NCBI RefSeq assembly: GCF_000829155.1
Contig: NZ_AP013293.1
Coordinates: forward strand, 60,001-92,000
Origin: Candidatus Karelsulcia muelleri PSPU
Lineage (GTDB): Bacteria; Bacteroidota; Bacteroidia; Flavobacteriales; Blattabacteriaceae
Length of the DNA: 32,000 nt
Direction of reading: 5' to 3'
Shown here: positions 17,908 to 26,250 of the stretch, one piece after another
Position numbering within the stretch: the first letter of the stretch is position 1
Layout of the letters: each line of letters begins with the position of its first letter
Translations under genes and position numbers: made by a program
The notes under the pieces: generated by a model
Seen by the model: only the letters and a program-made list of their open reading frames with translations
Told to the model about the DNA's origin: nothing
The model's database searches: none

Positions 17908-20900
17908 TTATTTTTCTAAATTTAAATTTAACCCTAATCCTTTTAATTCATTAATTAATACATTAAATGATTCTGGAATTCCAGGTACTGGAATTTTTGC
18001 TCCTTGAACTATAGCTTCATAAGTTCTTGTTCGTCCTATTATATCATCAGATTTTATAGTAAGTATTTCACGTAAAATATTTGCTGCTCCAAAAGATTCT
18101 AAAGCCCAAACTTCCATTTCACCAAATCTTTGTCCTCCAAATTGAGATTTTCCTCCTAATGGTTGTTGAGTTATTAATGAATATGGACCTATTGATCTAG
18201 CATGCATTTTATCATCAACCATATGATTTAATTTTAACATATAAATTACACCTACGGTAACAGGTTGATCAAATTTTTCCCCTGTTTCTCCATCAAATAA
18301 ATAAGTACTTCCAAAACGAGGTAAATTAGCTTTATCAGTATATTTTGATATTTCTTCTAAAGAAGCTCCATCAAATATTGGGGTAGAAAAATTTATTTTC
18401 AATTTTTCTCCCGCCCAACCTAAAATAGTTTCATAAATTTGTCCTATATTCATACGTGAAGGGACACCTAATGGATTTAAAACTAAATCTACCGGAGTTC
18501 CATCTTCTAAATATGGCATATCTTCTTCTCTAACAATACGTGCCACAATTCCTTTATTTCCATGTCTTCCAGACATTTTATCACCTACTTTTAATTTTCT
18601 TTTTTTAGCAATAAAAACTTTAGCAAGTTTAATAATACCTGTTGGTAATTCATCACCTATTAAGATATTATTTTTTTTTAGTATTAATTGAATTTTTAAT
18701 TTCTTTTTTAGAACAAAAAAATTTTTTAATATTTTTAATACTAAATCATTTTTATAATGATTTTTTATCCATCTATTAGAAATAATATTTCTATAATTTT
18801 TTATATTTTTTAAAATATTTAAATTGATTATTTGTCCTTTTGAGATTTTTTTTTGAAAAAAAGAATCAAATACTTCTTCAGATATTTCACCTTCTAATAC
18901 TGTATTTAATTTATTAATTAATAAATTTTTTAATTTTTTAAATTTTTTTGTAAATTTATCGTCTATTTTTTTAAGTTTCATTTTTTCTAATTTTAAGTTT
19001 TCTTTTTCTAATTCTTTGTTTTTCATTTTAATTTTTTTTGAATAGATTTTTGTATCTATTACAACTCCAAATAAAGATGAATTAGCTTTTAAAGATGAAT
19101 CTTTTATAGATATTGCTTTTTCACCAAAAATAGCTTTTAAAAGTTTTTCTTCTGAAGTTGGATTTTTTTTTTTTTTAGGAGTTGTTTTACCTATAAGTAG
19201 ATCTCCAGGTTTAACATAATGTCCAATTTGAATAATTCCATTTTGATCTAACTTTTGAAGTTGTCTTTCACTAAGATTTGGGATATCATTTGATAATTCT
19301 TCCATTCCTAATTTAGTATCACGTACTTCTATTGAATATTCATCTATATGAATAGATGTAAAAATATCTTCACGAACTACTTTTTCCGAAATAACTATAG
19401 CATCTTCAAAATTATATCCTTTAAAAGGCATAAAAGCTACTTTAATATTTCGACCTAATGCTAATTCTCCATTTTTAGTAGCATATCCTTCACATAAAAC
19501 TTGACCTTTAGTAACATTCATACCTTTTTTTACTATAGGTTTTATATTTATACAAGTATTTTGATTAGTTTTTCTAAATTTAATTAATTTAAAACTTTTT
19601 ATTTCTTCTTCAAAAGAAAGTAATTTTTTTTTTTCAGAAAAAAAATATTTTATTCTAATTTTATTAGAATCTACTGATTCTATTATACCATCTTTTTCTG
19701 CATGAATTAATATACGTGCATCTTGTGCTAATTTTTTTTCTAATCCAGTACCTACAATAGGTACTTGAGGTTTTAATAAAGGAACAGCTTGACGCATCAT
19801 ATTTGATCCCATTAATGCTCTATTGGCATCATCATGTTCAAGAAATGGTATTAAAGATGCTGATATAGATGCTATTTGATTAGTAGAAAGATCTATATAA
19901 TTTACTTTTTTATAATTAACCATAGGAAAATCAGCATTTGCACGAACTATAATTTTTTTTTTTAAAACTCCTGTATTATAATTTAATATAGCATTAGCTT
20001 GTGCAATTATTTTTCCATATTCTTGTTCAGCACTAAGATAAATTGGTTTATTTTTTAATATTACTTTGCCTTTATTTACTTTGAAATAAGGAGTTTCTAT
20101 AAATCCCATATCATTAATTCTTGCCAAAACACATAAAGATGATATTAATCCAATATTAGGCCCTTCAGGGGTTTCTATAGGACATAATCTTCCATAATGA
20201 GAATAATTAACATCACGTACTTCAAATCCAGCTCTGTCTCTTGACAACCCCCCAGGACCTAAAGAAGATAATCTTCTTTTATGAGTTACTTCAGCTAATG
20301 GATTAGTTTGATCCATAAATTGAGATAATTGACTTGTTCCAAAAAAAGAATTAATAACAGATGTTAAATATCTTGCATTTATTAATTTTATAGGAGAAAA
20401 AACTTCATTTTCTTTTATACTCATTTTTTCTTTTATAATTATTGACATTCTTGCAAGTCCTATTACATATTGTGTATATAATTGTTCTCCTACTGTTTTT
20501 ACCCTACGATTAGCTAAATGATCTATATCATCAACTTCTTTTTTTGAATTATTTAATATAATTAAATTTTTAATAATAGAAATGAAGTCTTCTTTACTTA
20601 AAACTTTATAAGTTAAAGGAAAATCTAATTTTAGAGTTTTATTTAATCTATATCTTCCAACTTCACCTAAACTATATTTATATTCAGAAAATAAGAATTT
20701 ATTTATAAATAATATTGCTGTTATTTCATCTATAGGATCAGAATTTTTTAATATTTTATATATATAATATATTGCCTCTTTTTTAGAATTTGTAGGATCT
20801 ATTTGTATTGTATTATGTATAATAGAAAAATCTAGACTTGTTTTTTTTAATTTATATAAAGAAATATATTTGATATTATTATCAATAATTTTATGTATAT

Positions 20901-21741
20901 TATTTTCATTTAAAATAATATTTCTATTTAATATAATTTTAGATTTTTTTAATGAAATTATTTCTCCTGAATCTTCATCTATATAATCTTCATACCAAAT
21001 TTTGAATATTCTTTCCCCAAGAGTTCTTCCTAAAATTTTTTTTGAATTTTTTTTATTTATCTTTATTGTTTCTGTTATTTCAAATAAATTTAATATATCC
21101 CTTTCTTTAGAAAAACCTATTGCTCTAAGCAAAGTAGTAACAGGTATTTTTTTATTTTTTTCTATAAAAACATACATTACATTATGTATATCTGTTGAAA
21201 ATTCTATCCAAGATCCTTTAAAAGGAATAATTTTTGCAGAATAAAATTTTTTTCCATTGGAATGATAAGATTGATAAAAAAAAACACCAGGAGATCTCTG
21301 TAATTGAGAAACAACAACTCTTTCAGATCCATTAAAAATAAAAGATCCTGATGGAGTCATATATGGACATGTTCCTAAATAGACATCTTGATATATTGTT
21401 TCAAAATTTTTAATTTCTGATTTTGTACAATATAATTTTAATCTTGCTTTTATAGAAACACTATACGTTAAACCTCTTTTAAGACATTCTTCTAATGAAT
21501 ATCTAGGAGGATCTATTATATAATCTATAAATTCTAAAATAAATTTATTTTTAGCATCTGAGATCGGGAAATTTTCTATAAAAGCTTTATATAAACCTTC
21601 ATTTTTTCTATTTTTTAAGTTTGAATCAATTTTTAAAAAATTATTAAAAGATTTTAATTGAATTTCTAAAAAATCTGGATATTTCAATTTTGTTTTTACT
21701 GATGCAAAATTAATTTTTTTCATTTTTTTTTTTATATTCAT
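17908..21741 (-). CDS. rpoB: DNA-directed RNA polymerase subunit beta
   Basis: 1277 aa with GRHGNKG, NLGMNIGQ-like segments and QFGGQRFGEMEVWALE. Confidence 0.98.
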   Translation of the reverse strand: MNIKKKMKKINFASVKTKLKYPDFLEIQLKSFNNFLKIDSNLKNRKNEGLYKAFIENFPISDAKNKFILEFIDYIIDPPRYSLEECLKRGLTYSVSIKARLKLYCTKSEIKNFETIYQDVYLGTCPYMTPSGSFIFNGSERVVVSQLQRSPGVFFYQSYHSNGKKFYSAKIIPFKGSWIEFSTDIHNVMYVFIEKNKKIPVTTLLRAIGFSKERDILNLFEITETIKINKKNSKKILGRTLGERIFKIWYEDYIDEDSGEIISLKKSKIILNRNIILNENNIHKIIDNNIKYISLYKLKKTSLDFSIIHNTIQIDPTNSKKEAIYYIYKILKNSDPIDEITAILFINKFLFSEYKYSLGEVGRYRLNKTLKLDFPLTYKVLSKEDFISIIKNLIILNNSKKEVDDIDHLANRRVKTVGEQLYTQYVIGLARMSIIIKEKMSIKENEVFSPIKLINARYLTSVINSFFGTSQLSQFMDQTNPLAEVTHKRRLSSLGPGGLSRDRAGFEVRDVNYSHYGRLCPIETPEGPNIGLISSLCVLARINDMGFIETPYFKVNKGKVILKNKPIYLSAEQEYGKIIAQANAILNYNTGVLKKKIIVRANADFPMVNYKKVNYIDLSTNQIASISASLIPFLEHDDANRALMGSNMMRQAVPLLKPQVPIVGTGLEKKLAQDARILIHAEKDGIIESVDSNKIRIKYFFSEKKKLLSFEEEIKSFKLIKFRKTNQNTCINIKPIVKKGMNVTKGQVLCEGYATKNGELALGRNIKVAFMPFKGYNFEDAIVISEKVVREDIFTSIHIDEYSIEVRDTKLGMEELSNDIPNLSERQLQKLDQNGIIQIGHYVKPGDLLIGKTTPKKKKNPTSEEKLLKAIFGEKAISIKDSSLKANSSLFGVVIDTKIYSKKIKMKNKELEKENLKLEKMKLKKIDDKFTKKFKKLKNLLINKLNTVLEGEISEEVFDSFFQKKISKGQIINLNILKNIKNYRNIISNRWIKNHYKNDLVLKILKNFFVLKKKLKIQLILKKNNILIGDELPTGIIKLAKVFIAKKRKLKVGDKMSGRHGNKGIVARIVREEDMPYLEDGTPVDLVLNPLGVPSRMNIGQIYETILGWAGEKLKINFSTPIFDGASLEEISKYTDKANLPRFGSTYLFDGETGEKFDQPVTVGVIYMLKLNHMVDDKMHARSIGPYSLITQQPLGGKSQFGGQRFGEMEVWALESFGAANILREILTIKSDDIIGRTRTYEAIVQGAKIPVPGIPESFNVLINELKGLGLNLNLEK

Positions 21742-21818
21742 AATTCTATTTACTTTATATGAAATATATATAATTTTGTTTTTATTAAAGTAAATAATAA
21801 TTTTTTTTAAAAAAAAAA

Positions 21819-22193
21819 TTAATTGAATTCAATTTCAGCACCTATATATTCAAATTTTTTTTTTAATAATTCTGCTTCTTCTTTATTTAGAGATTCTTTT
21901 ATAGTTTTTGGAACAGAATCTACTAAGTCTTTAGACTCTTTAAGTCCCTTACCAGTAATTTCTTTTATTAATTTAACTACTGCTAATTTGGATGGTCCAG
22001 ATGATTTAAGAATAACATTAAATGTTTTTTTTTCTACTTTAGTTTCTAAATTTTTATTATTTGTTATATGTTCTTCATCATAAATTTTATTAGATACTAA
22101 TCCATAATCTATTTTCAATAGATTTGATAATTCATTTACTTCTTTTACTGTTAAATTTACTAATTTATTGGCTAATTTTTTTATATCTGTCAT
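21819..22193 (-). CDS. rplL: 50S ribosomal protein L7/L12
   Basis: 124 aa with C-terminal domain KLAVVKLIKEITGKGLKESKDLV. Position between rplJ and rpoB. Confidence 0.93.
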   Translation of the reverse strand: MTDIKKLANKLVNLTVKEVNELSNLLKIDYGLVSNKIYDEEHITNNKNLETKVEKKTFNVILKSSGPSKLAVVKLIKEITGKGLKESKDLVDSVPKTIKESLNKEEAELLKKKFEYIGAEIEFN

Positions 22194-22202
22194 TTTTTAT
22201 TA

Positions 22203-22709
22203 TTATTTTTTTAATAAATAAAATATAATATTATATATTTTATTTTTACTATTTAATAATAAAAATAAATTAAATAATTCAGATTTAAGCATAAAAATAA
22301 TGTCTAATATTAATTCGTTTTTTGATTTAATATTGATTAAAGTATTTAATGAAATCTCTCCGAGATATAACATATCTTCTATATAAGCTGCTTTTAAATA
22401 TTCTTTTTTTAAAGAAAATTTTTTTTTAAAATTATTTATCAATATTGCTGGATAATTATTTATATTAGATGTCATTAAAGCTGTAGGACCTTTTAAGACT
22501 GGATAAAATTTTTCAAATTTTGAATTTTTTATGGCTTTTTTAAATAATGTATTTTTTACAAATTTTAATTTGATTTGTTTATCATAACAATTTTTTCTCA
22601 AATCAAAAATTTGATTAGAAGTTAACCCAGATAAATCAACTAAATAAATAGAATTATTATTCTCAATATAATTTGAGATTAATTTTATTATTTTTTTTTT
22701 TTTTATCAT
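22203..22709 (-). CDS. rplJ: 50S ribosomal protein L10
   Basis: 168 aa, located between rplA and rplL. The sequence is divergent, so the call rests mainly on conserved operon position and size. Confidence 0.8.
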   Translation of the reverse strand: MIKKKKIIKLISNYIENNNSIYLVDLSGLTSNQIFDLRKNCYDKQIKLKFVKNTLFKKAIKNSKFEKFYPVLKGPTALMTSNINNYPAILINNFKKKFSLKKEYLKAAYIEDMLYLGEISLNTLINIKSKNELILDIIFMLKSELFNLFLLLNSKNKIYNIIFYLLKK

Positions 22710-22712
22710 ATA

Positions 22713-23384
22713 TTATAAATCTTGTATATTTACTGAAATACTAGGCCCCATAGTACTAGATAAATATATTTTTTTAAAAAAAATACCTTTAGAGGTTGAT
22801 GGTTTTAATTTTTTTAAAACATTAATTAATTCTGAAACATTTTTTTTAATTTTTTCAAAACCAAATGAAACTTTTCCAATGGAAGTATGTATTATTCCAT
22901 ATCTATCTACTTTAAATTCTATTTTTCCAGACTTTATTTCATTTATAGATTTATTTGGATTTTTAGTTACTGTTCCTGTTTTAGGATTAGGCATTAAACC
23001 TCTAGGACCTAATATTTTTCCTAATGCACCTAATTTTAACATTACTGATGGAATTGTTACTATAACATCAAATTCTAACCATCCATTTTTTATTTTATTT
23101 ATATAATTATCTAATCCTATAAAATCAGCTCCAGAATTTTTTATTTCTTTTTCTCTTTCTGTAGGAATTAAAGCTAATACACGAACAATTTTTCCAGTAC
23201 CATATGGTAAATTAACTGTTCCACGTATCAATTGATTAGGTTTTTTAGGATCAACACCTAAACATATTGCAATATCAACAGAAGAATCAAATTTTGTAAA
23301 TTTTTTTTGTGTAACTAATTTTGATGCTTCATTTAAAGAATATTTGATCTTATAATCAATATTATTATATTTTTTTTTAACCAT
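22713..23384 (-). CDS. rplA: 50S ribosomal protein L1
   Basis: 223 aa with GTVNLPYGTGK and LGPRGLMPNPKTGTVT. Confidence 0.95.
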   Translation of the reverse strand: MVKKKYNNIDYKIKYSLNEASKLVTQKKFTKFDSSVDIAICLGVDPKKPNQLIRGTVNLPYGTGKIVRVLALIPTEREKEIKNSGADFIGLDNYINKIKNGWLEFDVIVTIPSVMLKLGALGKILGPRGLMPNPKTGTVTKNPNKSINEIKSGKIEFKVDRYGIIHTSIGKVSFGFEKIKKNVSELINVLKKLKPSTSKGIFFKKIYLSSTMGPSISVNIQDL

Positions 23385-23386
23385 TT

Positions 23387-23812
23387 TTAATCCAATATTT
23401 CAATTCCCATTGATCTAGCGGTTCCAGCTACCATAGAAATGGCCGATTTAATATTAAAACAATTCATATCTATGATTTTATTTTTTGCAATATTTTTTAT
23501 TTCAAACCAAGTAATTTTTCCTACTTTAATTTTATTTGATTCTTTTGAACCTTTATCAATTTTACATAGTTCTAATAATTGTTTAGATACTGGAGGTTTT
23601 TTAATAATAAAATCAAAACTTTTATCATCATAAATACTTATAATAACTGGTAACAATTTTCCTTTATCATTTTGTGTGCTAAAATTATATTTTTTACAAA
23701 AATCCATTATATTTACACCAGCGGCTCCTAATGCCGGACCTATAGGAGGAGCTGGATTTGCTAATCCACCTTTTATTTGTAATTTTATTATTTTTATAAT
23801 TTTTTTATACAT
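23387..23812 (-). CDS. rplK: 50S ribosomal protein L11
   Basis: 141 aa with QIKGGLANPAPPIGPALGAAGVNIMDFCK. Confidence 0.95.
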   Translation of the reverse strand: MYKKIIKIIKLQIKGGLANPAPPIGPALGAAGVNIMDFCKKYNFSTQNDKGKLLPVIISIYDDKSFDFIIKKPPVSKQLLELCKIDKGSKESNKIKVGKITWFEIKNIAKNKIIDMNCFNIKSAISMVAGTARSMGIEILD

Positions 23813-23822
23813 AAAATTATGT

Positions 23823-24305
23823 TTAATTAATTTTTTTTATTTGTATTAAATTTAATTTTAATGTAGTTTTTCTATTAAAAATTAAAATTGATAATTCTAT
23901 TTTTTTTTTTTTTATTTTTTTTATAATTCCATTAAAATTTTTCAAAGGACCATCTATAATTTTAACAGTTTCTCCTATTATGTAGGTTGATTTTTTTATA
24001 TTATATAATAATCTCTTTATTTTTTTTTTTTTTATTTTAATTGGAATACAATTATTTTTTTTAAATAAAAAATTTATTACACCAGGTGTATGTTTTATGA
24101 TAAACATTAATTTGTAATTTAAATTAACTTCAATAAAAATATATCCAGGAATATAATTTATTTTTCCTTTTATAGGAATAATTAACTTTCCTATAAATTT
24201 TTTAAAATAAGAGTTTTTAATATTAATTTTTATATTTGATTTAATTTTTTTTTCTTTTCCAGGAATTGTTTGAATTACATACCATTTTTTTTTTATATAA
24301 TTCAT
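23823..24305 (-). CDS. nusG: Transcription termination/antitermination factor NusG (shortened, divergent)
   Basis: KWYVIQTIPGKEKK NGN start and the KOW-like GETVKIIDGPLKNFNGII. Position between secE and rplK. Confidence 0.85.
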   Translation of the reverse strand: MNYIKKKWYVIQTIPGKEKKIKSNIKINIKNSYFKKFIGKLIIPIKGKINYIPGYIFIEVNLNYKLMFIIKHTPGVINFLFKKNNCIPIKIKKKKIKRLLYNIKKSTYIIGETVKIIDGPLKNFNGIIKKIKKKKIELSILIFNRKTTLKLNLIQIKKIN

Positions 24306-24306
24306 A

Positions 24307-24465
24307 TTATTTAAAGAAATTAGAAATAATATCGAAAATCAAAATTAGAACAGATAAAATTATACTTATTAAAATAATATATATAATTTCAGTGAAAATT
24401 TCTTTCACTTTTGAGTGATTTATATAATTATTATAAATTTTTAGTATTTTATTTATTCTATTCAT
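24307..24465 (-). CDS. secE: Preprotein translocase subunit SecE (52 aa, single TM helix)
   Basis: Not in the ORF track. Hand translation gives MNRINKILKIYNNYINHSKVKEIFTEIIYIILISIILSVLILIFDIISNFFK. One hydrophobic helix. Canonical slot between tRNA-Trp and nusG, with its stop 1 nt before the nusG start. Confidence 0.7.
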   Translation of the reverse strand: MNRINKILKIYNNYINHSKVKEIFTEIIYIILISIILSVLILIFDIISNFFK

Positions 24466-24487
24466 AAGAAATAATTTTCTTTAATAG

Positions 24488-24561
24488 CACGGGTGGTAAG
24501 AATCGAACTCACGACCTTTGGTTTTGGAGACCAATGCTCTAGCCTACTGAGCTACACCCGT
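24488..24561 (-). tRNA. tRNA-Trp (anticodon CCA)
   Basis: Reverse complement folds as ACGGGTG/TA/GCTC-AGTAGGCTA-GAGC/A/TTGGT-CTCCAAA-ACCAA/AGGTC/GTGAG-TTCGATT-CTTAC/CACCCGT/G, 74 nt. Confidence 0.93.
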
Positions 24562-24569
24562 TATAATTA

Positions 24570-25754
24570 TTAAAGTATTTTAATAACTTGTCCTGCTCCA
24601 ACTGTACGACCTCCTTCACGTATTGCAAATCGTAAACCTTCACTTAATGCAACAGGTTGTAAAAGCTCTACTTCTACAGAAATATTATCTCCAGGCATTA
24701 CCATTTCTACATTATTTAATAAAAATATAGTTCCTGTAACATCTGTAGTTCTTAAATAAAATTGAGGTTTATATTTATTATGAAAAGGAGTATGACGTCC
24801 TCCTTCTTCTTTTTTTAATATATATATTTGAGCATTAAATTTTTTATGAGGAGTTATATAACCATGTTTTGATATAACCATTCCCCTACGTATATCTTTT
24901 TTTTCTATTCCTCTTAATAATAATCCTACATTATCTCCAGCTTGTCCTTTATCTAAAATTTTTCTAAACATTTCTACTCCTGTAACTATAGAATTTAGTT
25001 TTTCTACTCCCATACCTATTATTTCTATAGAATCTCCTGTATTTATAATTCCTGTTTCTATACGTCCTGTAGCTACAGTTCCACGTCCTGTTATAGTAAA
25101 AACATCTTCAATTGGCATTAAAAATGGTTTTTCTATATCTCTTATAGGTTCTTTAATATAATCATCTACAGCTTTCATAAGTTCTTCTACTTTTTTAACC
25201 CATTTTTCTTCTCCATTTAAAGCTCCTAAAGCTGAACCTTGTATAATTGGAATATTTTCTCCATCATATTCATATTTAGACAATAATTCTCTTATTTCAA
25301 TTTCAACTAATTCTAATATTTCGGGATCATCTACCTGATCTACTTTATTCATAAAAACAACTAAATTAGGCACTCCTACTTGACGAGCTAATAAAATATG
25401 TTCTCTTGTTTGAGGCATTGGTCCATCTGTTGCAGCTACTACTAAAATTGCTCCATCCATTTGAGCTGCACCTGTAACCATATTTTTAACATAATCAGCA
25501 TGTCCAGGACAATCAACATGAGCATAATGACGTTTTTCAGTTTGATATTCGACATGTGAAGTATTTATTGTAATTCCTCTTTCTTTTTCTTCAGGAGCAT
25601 TATCAATTGAACTAAAATCTTTTGCAACAGCAAGTCCTTTTTTTGAAAAAACTGTTGTTATTGAAGCAGTTAAAGTTGTTTTTCCGTGATCTACATGACC
25701 TATTGTACCTATATTTAAATGAGGTTTATCACGTCTAAATATTTCTTTTGCCAT
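24570..25754 (-). CDS. tuf: Elongation factor Tu
   Basis: [28 protein letters not shown]..., DCPGH, NKVD. Start reset to ATG at 25754. The tracked 35-aa N-terminal extension (to 25859) is read-through of the tRNA-Thr gene. Confidence 0.97.
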   Translation of the reverse strand: MAKEIFRRDKPHLNIGTIGHVDHGKTTLTASITTVFSKKGLAVAKDFSSIDNAPEEKERGITINTSHVEYQTEKRHYAHVDCPGHADYVKNMVTGAAQMDGAILVVAATDGPMPQTREHILLARQVGVPNLVVFMNKVDQVDDPEILELVEIEIRELLSKYEYDGENIPIIQGSALGALNGEEKWVKKVEELMKAVDDYIKEPIRDIEKPFLMPIEDVFTITGRGTVATGRIETGIINTGDSIEIIGMGVEKLNSIVTGVEMFRKILDKGQAGDNVGLLLRGIEKKDIRRGMVISKHGYITPHKKFNAQIYILKKEEGGRHTPFHNKYKPQFYLRTTDVTGTIFLLNNVEMVMPGDNISVEVELLQPVALSEGLRFAIREGGRTVGAGQVIKIL

Positions 25755-25774
25755 TATATATAAATTTTTATAAA

Positions 25775-25847
25775 AGCCAATGACGGGATTTGAACCCGTG
25801 ACCTCTTTCTTACCAAGAAAGAACTCTACCAACTGAGCTACATTGGC
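25775..25847 (-). tRNA. tRNA-Thr (anticodon GGU)
   Basis: Reverse complement folds as GCCAATG/TA/GCTC-AGTTGGTA-GAGT/T/CTTTC-TTGGTAA-GAAAG/AGGTC/ACGGG-TTCAAAT-CCCGT/CATTGGC/T, 73 nt. Confidence 0.92.
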
Positions 25848-25863
25848 GAATGTAACCATTTAG

Positions 25864-25936
25864 AGCGGGAAACGGGATTTGAACCCGCGACATTCAACTT
25901 GGAAGGCTGATGCTCTACCAACTGAGCTATTCCCGC
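25864..25936 (-). tRNA. tRNA-Gly (anticodon UCC)
   Basis: Reverse complement folds as GCGGGAA/TA/GCTC-AGTTGGTA-GAGC/A/TCAGC-CTTCCAA-GTTGA/ATGTC/GCGGG-TTCAAAT-CCCGT/TTCCCGC/T, 73 nt. Confidence 0.92.
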
Positions 25937-25947
25937 AATAATTAATG

Positions 25948-26030
25948 TGGGGAGAGTAGGATTCGAACCCACGAAGGAATAATCCAGCAGATTTACAGTC
26001 TGTTCTCGTTAACCACTTGAGTATCTCCCC
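25948..26030 (-). tRNA. tRNA-Tyr (anticodon GUA), class II with long variable arm
   Basis: Reverse complement folds as GGGGAGA/TA/CTCA-AGTGGTTAA-CGAG/A/ACAGA-CTGTAAA-TCTGC/TGGATTATTCCTTC/GTGGG-TTCGAAT-CCTAC/TCTCCCC/A, 83 nt. There is one A-C mismatch at the top of the anticodon stem. Confidence 0.9.
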
Positions 26031-26039
26031 ATTTAATAG

Positions 26040-26113
26040 AGCCGATGGAGGGATTCGAACCCACGACCTCGAGATTACAAATCACGTGCTATAACCAACT
26101 AAGCTACATCGGC
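26040..26113 (-). tRNA. tRNA-Thr (anticodon UGU)
   Basis: Reverse complement folds as GCCGATG/TA/GCTT-AGTTGGTTA-TAGC/A/CGTGA-TTTGTAA-TCTCG/AGGTC/GTGGG-TTCGAAT-CCCTC/CATCGGC/T, 74 nt. U-U mismatches occur in both the anticodon stem and the T stem. The order Thr-Tyr-Gly-Thr-tuf matches the classic thrU-tyrU-glyT-thrT-tufB arrangement. Confidence 0.82.
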
Positions 26114-26162
26114 TTACGAAAAGTAGCAATATGATTTATATTAAAATATAAATAAATATACA

Positions 26163-26207
26163 CTTTTTTTATTTAAAAAAAAAATTCTTTTTTTATTTAA
26201 AAAAAAA
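26163..26207. repeat. Two tandem copies of C-T7-ATTT-A9/10 in the divergent tRNA/ACIII intergenic region
   Basis: Copy 1 is 26163-26184 (cTTTTTTTatttAAAAAAAAAA). Copy 2 is 26187-26207 (cTTTTTTTatttAAAAAAAAA). They are separated by tt. Confidence 0.85.
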
Positions 26208-26250
26208 TAATTTTATATTAAAAAAAAACTAATTTGATCATTAAAAATAT

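Noticed and set aside
21799-21820. T-run/A-run palindromes (aaT8A10tt in the rplL-rpoB spacer; T10A9 at 17886-17904) as intrinsic terminators or attenuators.
   Set aside because: The stems would be pure A-U with no loop and no G-C clamp. The same TnAn pattern occurs inside coding sequence wherever Phe-Phe-Lys-Lys is encoded (for example serS 10321-10337). It is best explained by composition. They are noted only as slippage-prone spacers.
25755-25859. ORF-track N-terminal extension of tuf ([35 protein letters not shown]...).
   Set aside because: The extension is simply translation through the tRNA-Thr(GGU) gene (25775-25847) and its flanks. The conserved EF-Tu N-terminus [12 protein letters not shown] starts at ATG 25754.
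26229-26236. Candidate Bacteroidetes -7 promoter element (TAnnTTTG) upstream of actA.
   Set aside because: The sequence is cTAATTTG, one base short of the consensus spacing. In sequence this AT-rich, near-matches are expected by chance, so it is not reported as a feature.
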